64,000 bases of DNA from the NCBI GenBank assembly GCA_964371245.1, contig CAYJKP010000002.1:102960-166959 (forward strand). Direction: 5' to 3'. The notes under the pieces are model-generated. The model was not told the origin of the DNA and did not search any database. It worked only from the letters and a program-made list of their open reading frames with translations. Position 1 is the first letter of the stretch. The number at the start of each line of letters is the position of its first letter. This DNA is from an uncultured Gammaproteobacteria bacterium (GTDB taxonomy: Bacteria; Patescibacteriota; Patescibacteriia; JAHIZJ01). The position numbers and the translations under genes were made by a program. Shown piece by piece: positions 38,267 through 46,679 of the stretch.

Positions 38267-39430
38267 TTAAATTACGTTGATAAAGAGGGAAAATATCGCC
38301 GCGATCCAAAACAGCGTATTCAAGCCGATGGCGCCGACCAGGAAAAATAACAAGATAAAAACAATAATCCGACCGATATTGAGTGACATTTCGCGGAAGA
38401 CGCTCATTTCATCGACGTAATGGCCGGCATCGGCCATTTGTTCATAGGTCAAGGCGTCGAATGGCGTCCGCATAACCGTACTGGCGAGGTTGTGATAGGT
38501 TGAGGCGATAAAAATCTGATAGCCGGTCGTGACAAACGTCTTCGCACCCCAGCCGATCGCGTAAATCACCGTGCCCCAGCGAAGCAGTTTGTGTTTGGAA
38601 AAGGCGTCGGTAAACCGCCCCATGATGAGCTGCACGACGATCGTCACAAAAACCGCCAACGTAGAGACGGCGCCGATTTCGAAATAGTTGTGATTCAATA
38701 TTTGGTAGATAAAGAGCGGCCAGATGGACAGACCGATTCCATTTTCAGCCCCCTCGGCGGCATAGGCAAACAACAAACGCCGGTGCTTCGTAAAAAGGAG
38801 GCGGTAGGTTTCAAAATAGCCGTAGGAAAACTTTTCTCTCACCGGACGAGTGAAGATCAGGGGGAAGATCGACAGAAAGACTAATATAACCACAATAATT
38901 AAGAGATTTTGGTACCCATATTTGGCAATGATGAAGCCGGCCGCGATCGGAATGGTGATGCCGACCAGATCGGCGATGGCATTGAAATAGCTGAGTTGCC
39001 GGCCGCGATTTCGGCGGCTCGTGAACTCAGCCAGCTCGGTGTGATACGGCACCCAGTATAAACACCGCCAGATAGTTGTCATCCCGATTGCAATCAAGAT
39101 AAAGGTCCAAACGCCGTTTTGAACAAAATAATACGCGACGTAGGAAAGCGCTAAAAACGGTATGCCGATCATCATTGACCGCTTCAAGCCCAGCCGGCTC
39201 ATCGCCCGGGCGCCCGGCTGGATGAACAGGAGGTAGGCCAACCATTCGAGGATGTAAAACACGATCACCGCCTTGAGCGAGAAATTCAGCTTCTCGTACA
39301 AAAAGATGGGCAAAAATATGCCCAGCAGGCTCGTGGCCGCATTCTGAATCAAGCGCTGCGAATAGAGCGCGATGATGTCGGGCGTGAACTTTCCCTTTGG
39401 TTTTTCGAGTGAAAAGGTCTCTTTAGACAT
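38267..39430 (-). CDS. MFS-like polytopic membrane transporter, paralog B
   Basis: 387 aa with the same architecture as 36472-37638. Confidence 0.5.
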   Translation of the reverse strand: MSKETFSLEKPKGKFTPDIIALYSQRLIQNAATSLLGIFLPIFLYEKLNFSLKAVIVFYILEWLAYLLFIQPGARAMSRLGLKRSMMIGIPFLALSYVAYYFVQNGVWTFILIAIGMTTIWRCLYWVPYHTELAEFTSRRNRGRQLSYFNAIADLVGITIPIAAGFIIAKYGYQNLLIIVVILVFLSIFPLIFTRPVREKFSYGYFETYRLLFTKHRRLLFAYAAEGAENGIGLSIWPLFIYQILNHNYFEIGAVSTLAVFVTIVVQLIMGRFTDAFSKHKLLRWGTVIYAIGWGAKTFVTTGYQIFIASTYHNLASTVMRTPFDALTYEQMADAGHYVDEMSVFREMSLNIGRIIVFILLFFLVGAIGLNTLFWIAAIFSLFINVI

Positions 39431-42400
39431 TCGGGACGACCAGATTTATTATTTTTCCTTTGACGTAGATTATTTTTTTCGGCTGCTGGCCGCTCAGGGA
39501 TTTCCGGATTTTCTCGCGCGACAACGTCTGTTTGGTAACCTCGTCTTCAGTCGCCTCGGCCGAGACAGTGATCCGGTCGCGCATTTTACCGTTGACCTGG
39601 ATGATAATTTCAATTTCGGCATCATGCAAGAATCGTTCATCCGTCGTTGGCCAGCCGGCGGCTGAGGCCAGTCCCTTGCCCCCGTGTTGAGCCCATAGTT
39701 CCTCGGCGAGATGAGGCGCAAACGGCGATAGAATCCGAACGAAGGCAGCAAAATCAGAGCTGCTAATTTCGCCCGCTTGACCCAGGTGATTAATAAAAAT
39801 CATCAGCGCGCTGACCGCCGTATTGAACTTGAACGCCTCGAGATCGTGGCTGACCTTTTGAATTGTCCGATGAAGGAGTTTTTCCGTGGTCGCGTTGGTC
39901 TGTTGACCGATTTTTTTCTGGCTGTCCCAAACCTTGTCCAGAAAACGCCGGACGCCGATCAACCCTTGGGTCGACCAAGGAATCGTGTCCTCGAACGGCC
40001 CCATAAACATCTCGTAAATCCGTAGGCTGTCAGCGCCGTATTGTTTCACCAGATCATCGGGATTGATAACGTTACCGAAGCTTTTCGACATTTTGCGTCC
40101 GTCCTCAGCCAGAACAATGCCGTGCGAATGCCGCCGCCGATACGGTTCGGGATGAGGCACCAGGCCCTGATCGTATAAAAACTTGTGCCAGAAACGGGAA
40201 TACAAAAGATGCAGGGTCGTGTGTTCCATGCCGCCGTTATAAATATCAACCGGCAACCAATAATCGAGCTTTTTCCGATCGGCGAAAACGGCCGGATTGT
40301 GCGGGTCGCAAAAACGCAGGTAGTACCACGACGAACCCGCCCAATTCGGCATCGTGTCGGTTTCGCGTTTCGCCGGCTTCTGGCAAATCGGGCATTTTGT
40401 GTTTACCCATTTTTTTATGCCGGCCAGGGGCGACTCGCCTGTATCCGTCGGTTGGTATTTTTTGACGTACGGCAATTCCACCGGCAGTTGGTCCTCCGGC
40501 ACGGGCACCGGACCATGTTCGGGACAATGAATGATCGGAATCGGCTCGCCCCAGTAGTGCTGGCGGGAAAACACCCAGTCGCGAAGTTTGTATTGGACGG
40601 CTGGCGCGCCAAACGCCTTGGCCATTTTTCCGATCGCCTCGTTGGATGACAACCCGTTATACGGGCCGGAATTGCAGACAACGCCTTCACCGGTGTAACA
40701 ATTAGAATCCGACACGTAGGCCTCCCAGATGTATTTGAAGGAGGCTAAATTCAACCATTCGCCCATTTTTGCTTTTTCTATCCAAACCGCCGTATGATGT
40801 TTCGTGTGTTCATCCGAAACTGGCTCCCTCGTTTCATCGACCAGTTCAAAAAGCATGCCCTGCCCGTACGCATACCGGTTTTCGTCTTTGTGCGTGGCGA
40901 AAAAATGATTGTGCTGCTCGCCGCCAAGGTTTTTTACGAACTTCAAATTCAGATAACCGGTTTCTTCGCGGATTTCCCGACGGGCCGCATCCTCATAGCT
41001 TTCCCCCTCATCAACGCCGCCGATAATACCGGAACGCCAGTCGTATTTTTCCCAGTCCAGGCATAAAAAGGCGTTTTTCTTTTTGCTGTAAACCAGGGCG
41101 TAGGCTGTTTTGCGTTTTACTGTTTTCTTATCCGGTCGGAGCGCGTCTTTGTCTTCCGCATTTTTTGTAAAATATGGCGCAATCACCTGACGGATCGGTA
41201 AATCATATTTTTTCGCGAACTCATAATCCCGCTCGTCATGAGCCGGCACGGCCATGATCGCGCCCGTACCGTAACTCAACAGCACATAGTCGGCCACCCA
41301 AATTGGAATTTCCTCATTGTTCGCCGGATTAATCGCTTTCACTCCTTTCAACTCAACGCCGGTTTTTTCTTTGGCTAAATCCGTCCGGTCCAAATCCGAC
41401 TTCTTCGCCGCTTTCTCGATATATTTTTTAACCTCTCCAAAATTTTGAATTTTGAATTTTGAATTTTGAATTATCTCATGCTCCGGCGCCACGACCAAAT
41501 ACGTGGCTCCGAAAATCGTATCCGGCCGCGTCGTGAAGACTGGTATCGCCGGACTCAATAGCCGGCAGAGCGCGTCCGAATACGGCTTCAATTCAATATA
41601 TTCTTCGGCCGCGGTTTGATCATACGGATAGCGTCCGGTCGCTTTTACGTGATACAACGACCGGAGCGGAAAATGCCAGTCGACTTTCTCGTGCGGTTTC
41701 GTCAAGAGAATAATATCGCGGCGTCCCTGGCTCTGAGTTTCGCGACCATCAGGGGTAAGCAACACCAGTGCGTCGATCCAGTATCCGGCCACGCCGGCTG
41801 GCTGCTTCTCTGCGATCGCTTTGTAAAAATTTAATATCGCCTGTCCGATTTTTTCCGGTGATAAGTTCTTTTCAGTGCGGCCGCGGAAGGCATTTCGCTT
41901 CACCTGCGCCGGGTCGATCATTTCGCCATCAATGAAAAGACCGGTGTCAGTGCCGAGAATCGGCAGATCGGTTTTACCGAAATACGCCTTAGCTTTCCGT
42001 CGGGCGTTTTCGACGAGGTTGCTCTCTTCCGTTACGTCGACGGTTGATAATCCGATTTCCGCCGGCGTAACGACTGACACATTCGGTAAATATTTTGCGA
42101 GCAGTTTTTTGACTCGGTCAACCTTGCTCGGGTTATTCGTGGCTAGCAATACTTTTTTTACCTCAGAGTTTTGAACTCGAAATTGTATTTCCGCCCCTTC
42201 GCTCCGGCCGATCCAATTGACTTGCTGGGTTTTTATCTTCTTCAAATAGTCGACTGTATCCAAATCTTTCAACAACCGATCAGCATAGGCGGTTATTTTT
42301 AACATCCATTGTTTCTGAAGCCGCCGCGTTACCGGCGTGCCGCAGCGCTCGCACTTGCCGCCGATCACCTCTTCATTGGCTAAGCCGATTTTATCTTTCG

Positions 42401-42896
42401 GACACCAGTTGATCGGGATCGTCGCTTGATAGGCCAAGCCCTTTTTATACAATTGGAGAAAAATCCACTGGGTCCATTTGTAATAGTTTGGGTCGGTCGT
42501 ATCGATTTCGCGCGACCAGTCAAACGAGAGGCCGAGCGACTTCATTTGTTTCCGAAAGGTGGCGATGTTTGTATCGGTCGCTTGGCGGGGATGGACGCCC
42601 GTTTTGATGGCATAGTTTTCCGTCGGCAAGCCGAACGCGTCCCAACCAATGGGATAGAGCACGGCAAAACCTTTCAGGCGGCTATACCGCGCCAGGGCGT
42701 CGATGGCACTATAACTGCGAACGTGGCCGACGTGAAGCCCGTCGCCCGAAGGATAGGGGAACTCAACCAAGAGATAGCGTTTTGTCCGCTCGGTATTTTC
42801 CGGCGCCTCAAATGCCGCCTGTTCCAACCAGGTTTTTTGCCACTTCCGTTCAATTTTTTCCGGCTGATACCGTGTTCGTCGCGAAGGCAGAGGCAT
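39423..42896 (-). CDS. leuS: Leucyl-tRNA synthetase with two inserted extra domains (Ham1/RdgB-like and Nudix)
   Basis: HIGH motif (HVGHVRSYS), WIGRSEG, TTRPDTIFGATYLVVAPEH, GTGAIMAVPAHDERDYEFAKKY, KMSKS (RKMSKSFGNV). Start placed at MPLPSRRTRYQPEKIERKWQ (ATG complement at 42894-42896). The ORF track extends it to 43007. Confidence 0.9.
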   Translation of the reverse strand: MPLPSRRTRYQPEKIERKWQKTWLEQAAFEAPENTERTKRYLLVEFPYPSGDGLHVGHVRSYSAIDALARYSRLKGFAVLYPIGWDAFGLPTENYAIKTGVHPRQATDTNIATFRKQMKSLGLSFDWSREIDTTDPNYYKWTQWIFLQLYKKGLAYQATIPINWCPKDKIGLANEEVIGGKCERCGTPVTRRLQKQWMLKITAYADRLLKDLDTVDYLKKIKTQQVNWIGRSEGAEIQFRVQNSEVKKVLLATNNPSKVDRVKKLLAKYLPNVSVVTPAEIGLSTVDVTEESNLVENARRKAKAYFGKTDLPILGTDTGLFIDGEMIDPAQVKRNAFRGRTEKNLSPEKIGQAILNFYKAIAEKQPAGVAGYWIDALVLLTPDGRETQSQGRRDIILLTKPHEKVDWHFPLRSLYHVKATGRYPYDQTAAEEYIELKPYSDALCRLLSPAIPVFTTRPDTIFGATYLVVAPEHEIIQNSKFKIQNFGEVKKYIEKAAKKSDLDRTDLAKEKTGVELKGVKAINPANNEEIPIWVADYVLLSYGTGAIMAVPAHDERDYEFAKKYDLPIRQVIAPYFTKNAEDKDALRPDKKTVKRKTAYALVYSKKKNAFLCLDWEKYDWRSGIIGGVDEGESYEDAARREIREETGYLNLKFVKNLGGEQHNHFFATHKDENRYAYGQGMLFELVDETREPVSDEHTKHHTAVWIEKAKMGEWLNLASFKYIWEAYVSDSNCYTGEGVVCNSGPYNGLSSNEAIGKMAKAFGAPAVQYKLRDWVFSRQHYWGEPIPIIHCPEHGPVPVPEDQLPVELPYVKKYQPTDTGESPLAGIKKWVNTKCPICQKPAKRETDTMPNWAGSSWYYLRFCDPHNPAVFADRKKLDYWLPVDIYNGGMEHTTLHLLYSRFWHKFLYDQGLVPHPEPYRRRHSHGIVLAEDGRKMSKSFGNVINPDDLVKQYGADSLRIYEMFMGPFEDTIPWSTQGLIGVRRFLDKVWDSQKKIGQQTNATTEKLLHRTIQKVSHDLEAFKFNTAVSALMIFINHLGQAGEISSSDFAAFVRILSPFAPHLAEELWAQHGGKGLASAAGWPTTDERFLHDAEIEIIIQVNGKMRDRITVSAEATEDEVTKQTLSREKIRKSLSGQQPKKIIYVKGKIINLVVPNV
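41441..41468. repeat. Perfect 4 x 7-bp microsatellite (aattttg)4 inside the leuS coding region
   Basis: Read directly: aattttgaattttgaattttgaattttg. On the coding strand it encodes ...NSKFKIQNF.... The unit length is not a multiple of 3. Confidence 0.8.
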
Positions 42897-43073
42897 GATC
42901 ACAATACAATTAATTAATCGACGGCTCGTCTTCAAAAGCATATCATTTTTTTGGGGTTTTGCCACGTGAAAATCCATCATACGACTATACCTTGACAGTA
43001 CCGGCATCGCATGATAACCTACTAAATATCAAAACGAAGTGATGCAATAACGTAGCTAATATTAGCCAATTAA

Positions 43074-44447
43074 TTGGCTATTATTTCACGATTAAGGCCA
43101 AAGGCCATTAGCATTTACCTCAAAAAATACAGTCTTACCGCCCTCCGCCAGATCATGCGCGGACTTTCTTATTTATTCAAAGGTTTGGCTCGGATGCTCA
43201 ACCTGGTAATGATTCGACCGATTCGAGTTATTGGCCGCGTCCTCCTCCGCTCCGTCCTTCCGCGCATTTACCTGACTGTTTATTTTCCGATTAAGCGGCG
43301 ATTGATTGAGCGGTTTGCCTTTGCTAAAAGCAAAATTTGGTATCCATTTGCATCGAAATATATCCTGCATTTCTTTCTCCTCGTCATGGCCGGCGGCGTT
43401 TTAGCGCATAGCATAAAAACTCGCGCGGTTTCAGCCGAAGAATTTGGCTCGGATAGTTTGATCAGCCAGTTTATCGGCTTGGATAATCAGATCATCGAAG
43501 AAACTGCCAACGCGACGCCGACGACATCAATGAGCTATCTGAATCAAAAAGGGCTTGTCGGCGGCTCGAACCTTGAAACGCAGGGACCGGCTCCGGATGA
43601 GAGCGAGAACCTCAATCTCTCCCTGGCTCAAGGCGGCAGCTCGATTGTCAAACCGAATATACCAACCACGGAAATCACCGACCAGCCGCGCGAGCTAGTG
43701 GACTATTACGTCGTCCAGGGCGGTGACACGGTCAGTACGATTGCCGATCAATTTAACGTCTCCACGAACACTATTCTCTGGGAAAACCGGCTGGGCGCCA
43801 AGGATTATATTAAACCTGGCGATAAGCTGACTATTCTTCCGACCAGCGGCGTTTCGCATCAGATCAAAAAGGGCGACACCATTGCCAGTATCGCGAAAAA
43901 ATATGGCGTTGAAACCCAGGCGATCATTGATTACAACCAACTCGCCTCCGCCGATGCCATCCAAGTCGATCAAATATTGATCGTGCCGGGCGGCATCGCG
44001 CCGGAAACCATCGCGCCGGCGGCGCCGGCTACTGGCCTCGGTCGCTATGTTAGTGGTGGAACGCCTCCGCCCCCGGCCCGGGTCCCAGCCTCGCAAAAAA
44101 TGCTCTGGCCGACCGGCAGCCACCGCATTAACCAGTACTTTGGTTTTCGTCATACTGGTCTCGATATTGATGGGAATATCGGCTCGCCTATTTATGCCGC
44201 CGAGGGTGGTCGCGTCGAAGTTGTCGGCTGGGGAAAAGGGTACGGTCTGCATGTCATTATTAACCATGGCGGTGGCAAAAAGACGCTCTACGGGCATTTC
44301 AGCAAGGCATACGTAAATTCCGGCCAGCAGGTAAACAAAGGCGACTCAATCGGTCTCATGGGTTGCACCGGCTGGTGCACTGGCCCGCATCTCCACTTTG
44401 AGGTCATCGTCAACGGGAAAAAGATCAATCCGCTGTCATATCTCTAA
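43074..44447 (+). CDS. LysM-domain M23-family peptidoglycan endopeptidase
   Basis: 457 aa. N-terminal TM. Two LysM repeats (YYVVQGGDTVSTIADQFNVSTNTILWENRL and HQIKKGDTIASIAKKYGVETQAIIDYNQL). M23 motifs HTGLDIDGNIGSPIYAAEGG...GLHVIINHGGG...HLHFE. Confidence 0.85.
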   Translation: MAIISRLRPKAISIYLKKYSLTALRQIMRGLSYLFKGLARMLNLVMIRPIRVIGRVLLRSVLPRIYLTVYFPIKRRLIERFAFAKSKIWYPFASKYILHFFLLVMAGGVLAHSIKTRAVSAEEFGSDSLISQFIGLDNQIIEETANATPTTSMSYLNQKGLVGGSNLETQGPAPDESENLNLSLAQGGSSIVKPNIPTTEITDQPRELVDYYVVQGGDTVSTIADQFNVSTNTILWENRLGAKDYIKPGDKLTILPTSGVSHQIKKGDTIASIAKKYGVETQAIIDYNQLASADAIQVDQILIVPGGIAPETIAPAAPATGLGRYVSGGTPPPPARVPASQKMLWPTGSHRINQYFGFRHTGLDIDGNIGSPIYAAEGGRVEVVGWGKGYGLHVIINHGGGKKTLYGHFSKAYVNSGQQVNKGDSIGLMGCTGWCTGPHLHFEVIVNGKKINPLSYL

Positions 44448-44816
44448 ATCAACATATTCCGAGATTCTATAAGGCGGTCGAATGACCGCCTTTTTTGTTG
44501 ATAACTGCATTGACAGCCTTATAATATGATGAAATAATATATCCGGATGGGAGTTCTGCCTGCAGACTTCCGGACAGGGCAACTGACGCCTTCGCATGGA
44601 CCGACCTCCTCTGGTGTATCCGACTGACCGGCATGGTCGCCTTCCTGAAAGGAGGAAGCGAATGCACAAAGTCGCTGTGCGGTAGGTAGAGGGGCCAACC
44701 CATTGCTGCGCCATGGCTCCGTGGTAATGTGGTGAGCCCGCTCGGACCTGATCGTTCAACCTGAGCCTGGATCGTGTCTCTGTACCACAACCACCCCGAA
44801 CGGGAGGAAAGGTACG

Positions 44817-44957
44817 ATGCCCAAGAACCACAGGTCGGCGCCCGGATGTGGGCCGCCGATGTTCGCGCAGGTTCTGTCGAAGATGAAGGCCACGACCAAG
44901 GTCGCCAAGAAGAACGCCGGCACGATCGCCGCCGAGATGGAGGAGACCGGGAGCTAG
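44817..44957 (+). CDS. Candidate 46-codon small ORF with a strong RBS inside the GC-rich 44460-45060 segment
   Basis: gggaggaaaggtacgATG..., MPKNHRSAPGCGPPMFAQVLSKMKATTKVAKKNAGTIAAEMEETGS*, followed by a T-run terminator-like sequence near 45030-45052. Composition is anomalous. Could be a ncRNA instead. Confidence 0.2.
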   Translation: MPKNHRSAPGCGPPMFAQVLSKMKATTKVAKKNAGTIAAEMEETGS

Positions 44958-45225
44958 CGCGTCACCTGCGCCGACCCGGTACGTTCGAACACCCCGCCAT
45001 GGGCGGGAACCAGGGCGCGCGTGATCTACCCAGATCCGCCGCCCGTTTTATTTTTTTAGGTCAAGTGAAGAATTTTAGAAATCATCCCCGACGTGACCGG
45101 GGATCAGAAAGAAGAACATCAGTTGTCACGTTGCGGGACTACAATAATTATTACTTCTGAATTTTGAATTCAGCAGTTTATTAATATACCAAAATTATTG
45201 CTTTCCCTAGCCTATATTGCCCACA

Positions 45226-45254
45226 TTGACAGGAATCCGCGGCCGTGATAGACT
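45226..45254 (+). promoter_or_regulatory. Candidate sigma70 promoter for the RRM-protein gene (TTGACA - 17 nt - TAGACT)
   Basis: ccacaTTGACAggaatccgcggccgtgaTAGACTgacc, about 95 nt upstream of the ATG at 45350. Confidence 0.4.
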
Positions 45255-45349
45255 GACCGCGCTTATCGTTTTGGGACAATCTAATGGTAACATTAGAGGA
45301 TAAAGGTCTCCCGAAATTAGAGAGCGCTCTAATTAAGTGAACAGTACAA

Positions 45350-45685
45350 ATGGCAAAAAAACTGTACGTCGGAGGTTTATCCTACGATGTTACCGACGCC
45401 CAGCTGAACGAGTTCTTCGCTCAAGCCGGGACCGTTGAGTCCGCTTCTGTGATCATCGACCGAATGACCGGCCGCTCGCGCGGTTTCGGCTTCGTCGAGA
45501 TGGCCTCGGATGAGGACGCGAAAAAAGCGGTCGAAACCCTGAACGGTCAGGAATTCGCCGGACGGACCATTACCGTCAATGAAGCCCGACCCATGGCTGA
45601 TCGCCCCCGCGGCGGTGGCGGTGGCGGCGGTTTCGGTGGCGGACGCGGTGGACGCGGTGGCTTCCAGCAACGACGCGACTACTAA
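45350..45685 (+). CDS. RRM-domain RNA-binding protein with a Gly/Arg-rich tail
   Basis: 111 aa. RNP-2 LYVGGL and RNP-1 RGFGFVEM. C-terminal RPRGGGGGGGFGGGRGGRGG. Confidence 0.85.
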   Translation: MAKKLYVGGLSYDVTDAQLNEFFAQAGTVESASVIIDRMTGRSRGFGFVEMASDEDAKKAVETLNGQEFAGRTITVNEARPMADRPRGGGGGGGFGGGRGGRGGFQQRRDY

Positions 45686-45707
45686 GCTTCGATACGAAGT
45701 TTCGAAA

Positions 45708-45737
45708 AAAAGACCTTCTCTACGGAAGGTCTTTTTG
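45708..45737 (+). terminator. Rho-independent terminator after the RRM-protein gene
   Basis: aaaAGACCTTCtctacgGAAGGTCTttttgg. Confidence 0.55.
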
Positions 45738-45812
45738 GTCGATGACAAAGAAAATCATCGGCGGGACGCCTCGGATTGGTAGTTTAATAAACATATATTT
45801 CGATAATCAATG

Positions 45813-46679
45813 TCATTCCATCACCCGGTACTGTAATGCCTCCGCCACCTGATGTATTTGAATCGTATTACTGCCCTCAAGATCGGCAATCGTCCGGCTG
45901 ACTTTCAGCAGGCGCGAGTATGACCGCGCCGAGAGCTGCAACCGAGTCATGGCCGAGCGGAGGAGGTCACCGGTTTTACTATCCAATACACAATGCCGCG
46001 CGATCTCCCGACTGTCCATTTCCGAGTTCGCATATTTCGACTGGCCAGGAAAACGTTGACGCTGGATCAGCCGTGCCGCAATAACGCGTTGACGGATCGT
46101 TTCGGAATTCTCCGCCGGCTGCCGCGATGTCAATTCATCATACTTTACCCGTGGTACAGGAAGGTGGAGATCGATCCGGTCGAGTAAAGGACCAGATATT
46201 TTTTTTCGATAGTATGAAACTTGTTGCGTTGAACAGGTGCAAGCCTTTTCTTTATCACCAAAAAAACCGCACGGGCAGGGATTTTGGGCGGCCACGAGGA
46301 TAAATCGCGCCGGAAAACGCAGGCTGCCGTGCACCCGACTGACATGGATGACGCCGTCCTCAAGCGGTTGGCGCAGACTCTCGAGAACCACCCGGGGGAA
46401 TTCCGGCAGTTCGTCGAGAAACAACACGCCTCGATGGGCCAATGAGATTTCGCCGGGCCGGGGAATCCGTCCGCCGCCGATCAGCGAGGCGGCTGAGGCG
46501 GTATGGTGCGGCGAACGGAATGGCCGTTGCCAGATCATCGGCCGTTCCGGTGCGATCAAACCGGCGATGCTGTAAATCTGGGTGACCTCGACCGATTCTT
46601 CCAGCTCAAGCTCAGGCAAGATCGAAATGAGGGCTTTGGCCAAAAGGGTCTTCCCTGAACCGGGCGGTCCGGAAAAAAG
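45813..46679 (-). pseudogene. comM: comM (YifB/Mg-chelatase-like AAA ATPase), C-terminal part of a gene split by element insertion
   Basis: The frame reads back to LFSGPPGSGKTLLAKALISILPELE (Walker A) at 46679, then ...FLDELPEFPRVVLESLRQPLEDG...NPCPCGFFGD...LLDRIDLHL. Upstream of 46679 the reading frame enters AT-rich foreign DNA and meets a stop. Confidence 0.75.

Noticed and set aside
41441-41468. Tandem repeat (aattttg)x4 considered as a possible CRISPR or phase-variation tract
   Set aside because: Far too short and lacking spacers for CRISPR. It is inside an essential gene (leuS), so slippage-based phase variation is unlikely. Retained only as a repeat feature.
39423-43007. The 1194-aa ORF-track extent of leuS including an N-terminal MPVLSRYSRMMDFHVAKPQKNDMLLKTSRRLINCIVI extension
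   Set aside because: The conserved LeuRS N-terminus (M-x-x-x-Y-x-P-x-x-IE-x-KWQ) begins at the internal Met (ATG complement at 42894-42896). The extension has no counterpart in LeuRS and overlaps the promoter region, so the later start is preferred (uncertain).
44460-45060. Checked by eye for RNase P RNA (GAGGAAAGUCC / ACAGAA(A/U)GC blocks), tmRNA (tRNA-like 3' end with GGTTCGA and CCA) and SRP RNA (GGAAGGAAGCAGC) in the GC-rich segment
   Set aside because: Only partial resemblances (gggaggaaagg) and no matching second conserved block or tRNA-like end, so I cannot support a specific ncRNA call without a covariance-model scan.
44774-45160. 128-aa + strand ORF (MSLYHNHPEREERYDAQ...) in the GC-rich segment
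   Set aside because: Extremely Arg/Asp/Glu-rich and low-complexity. No RBS. It overlaps the terminator and promoter region of the RRM gene, so it is most likely spurious. The shorter RBS-preceded 46-codon ORF is kept as the low-confidence alternative.
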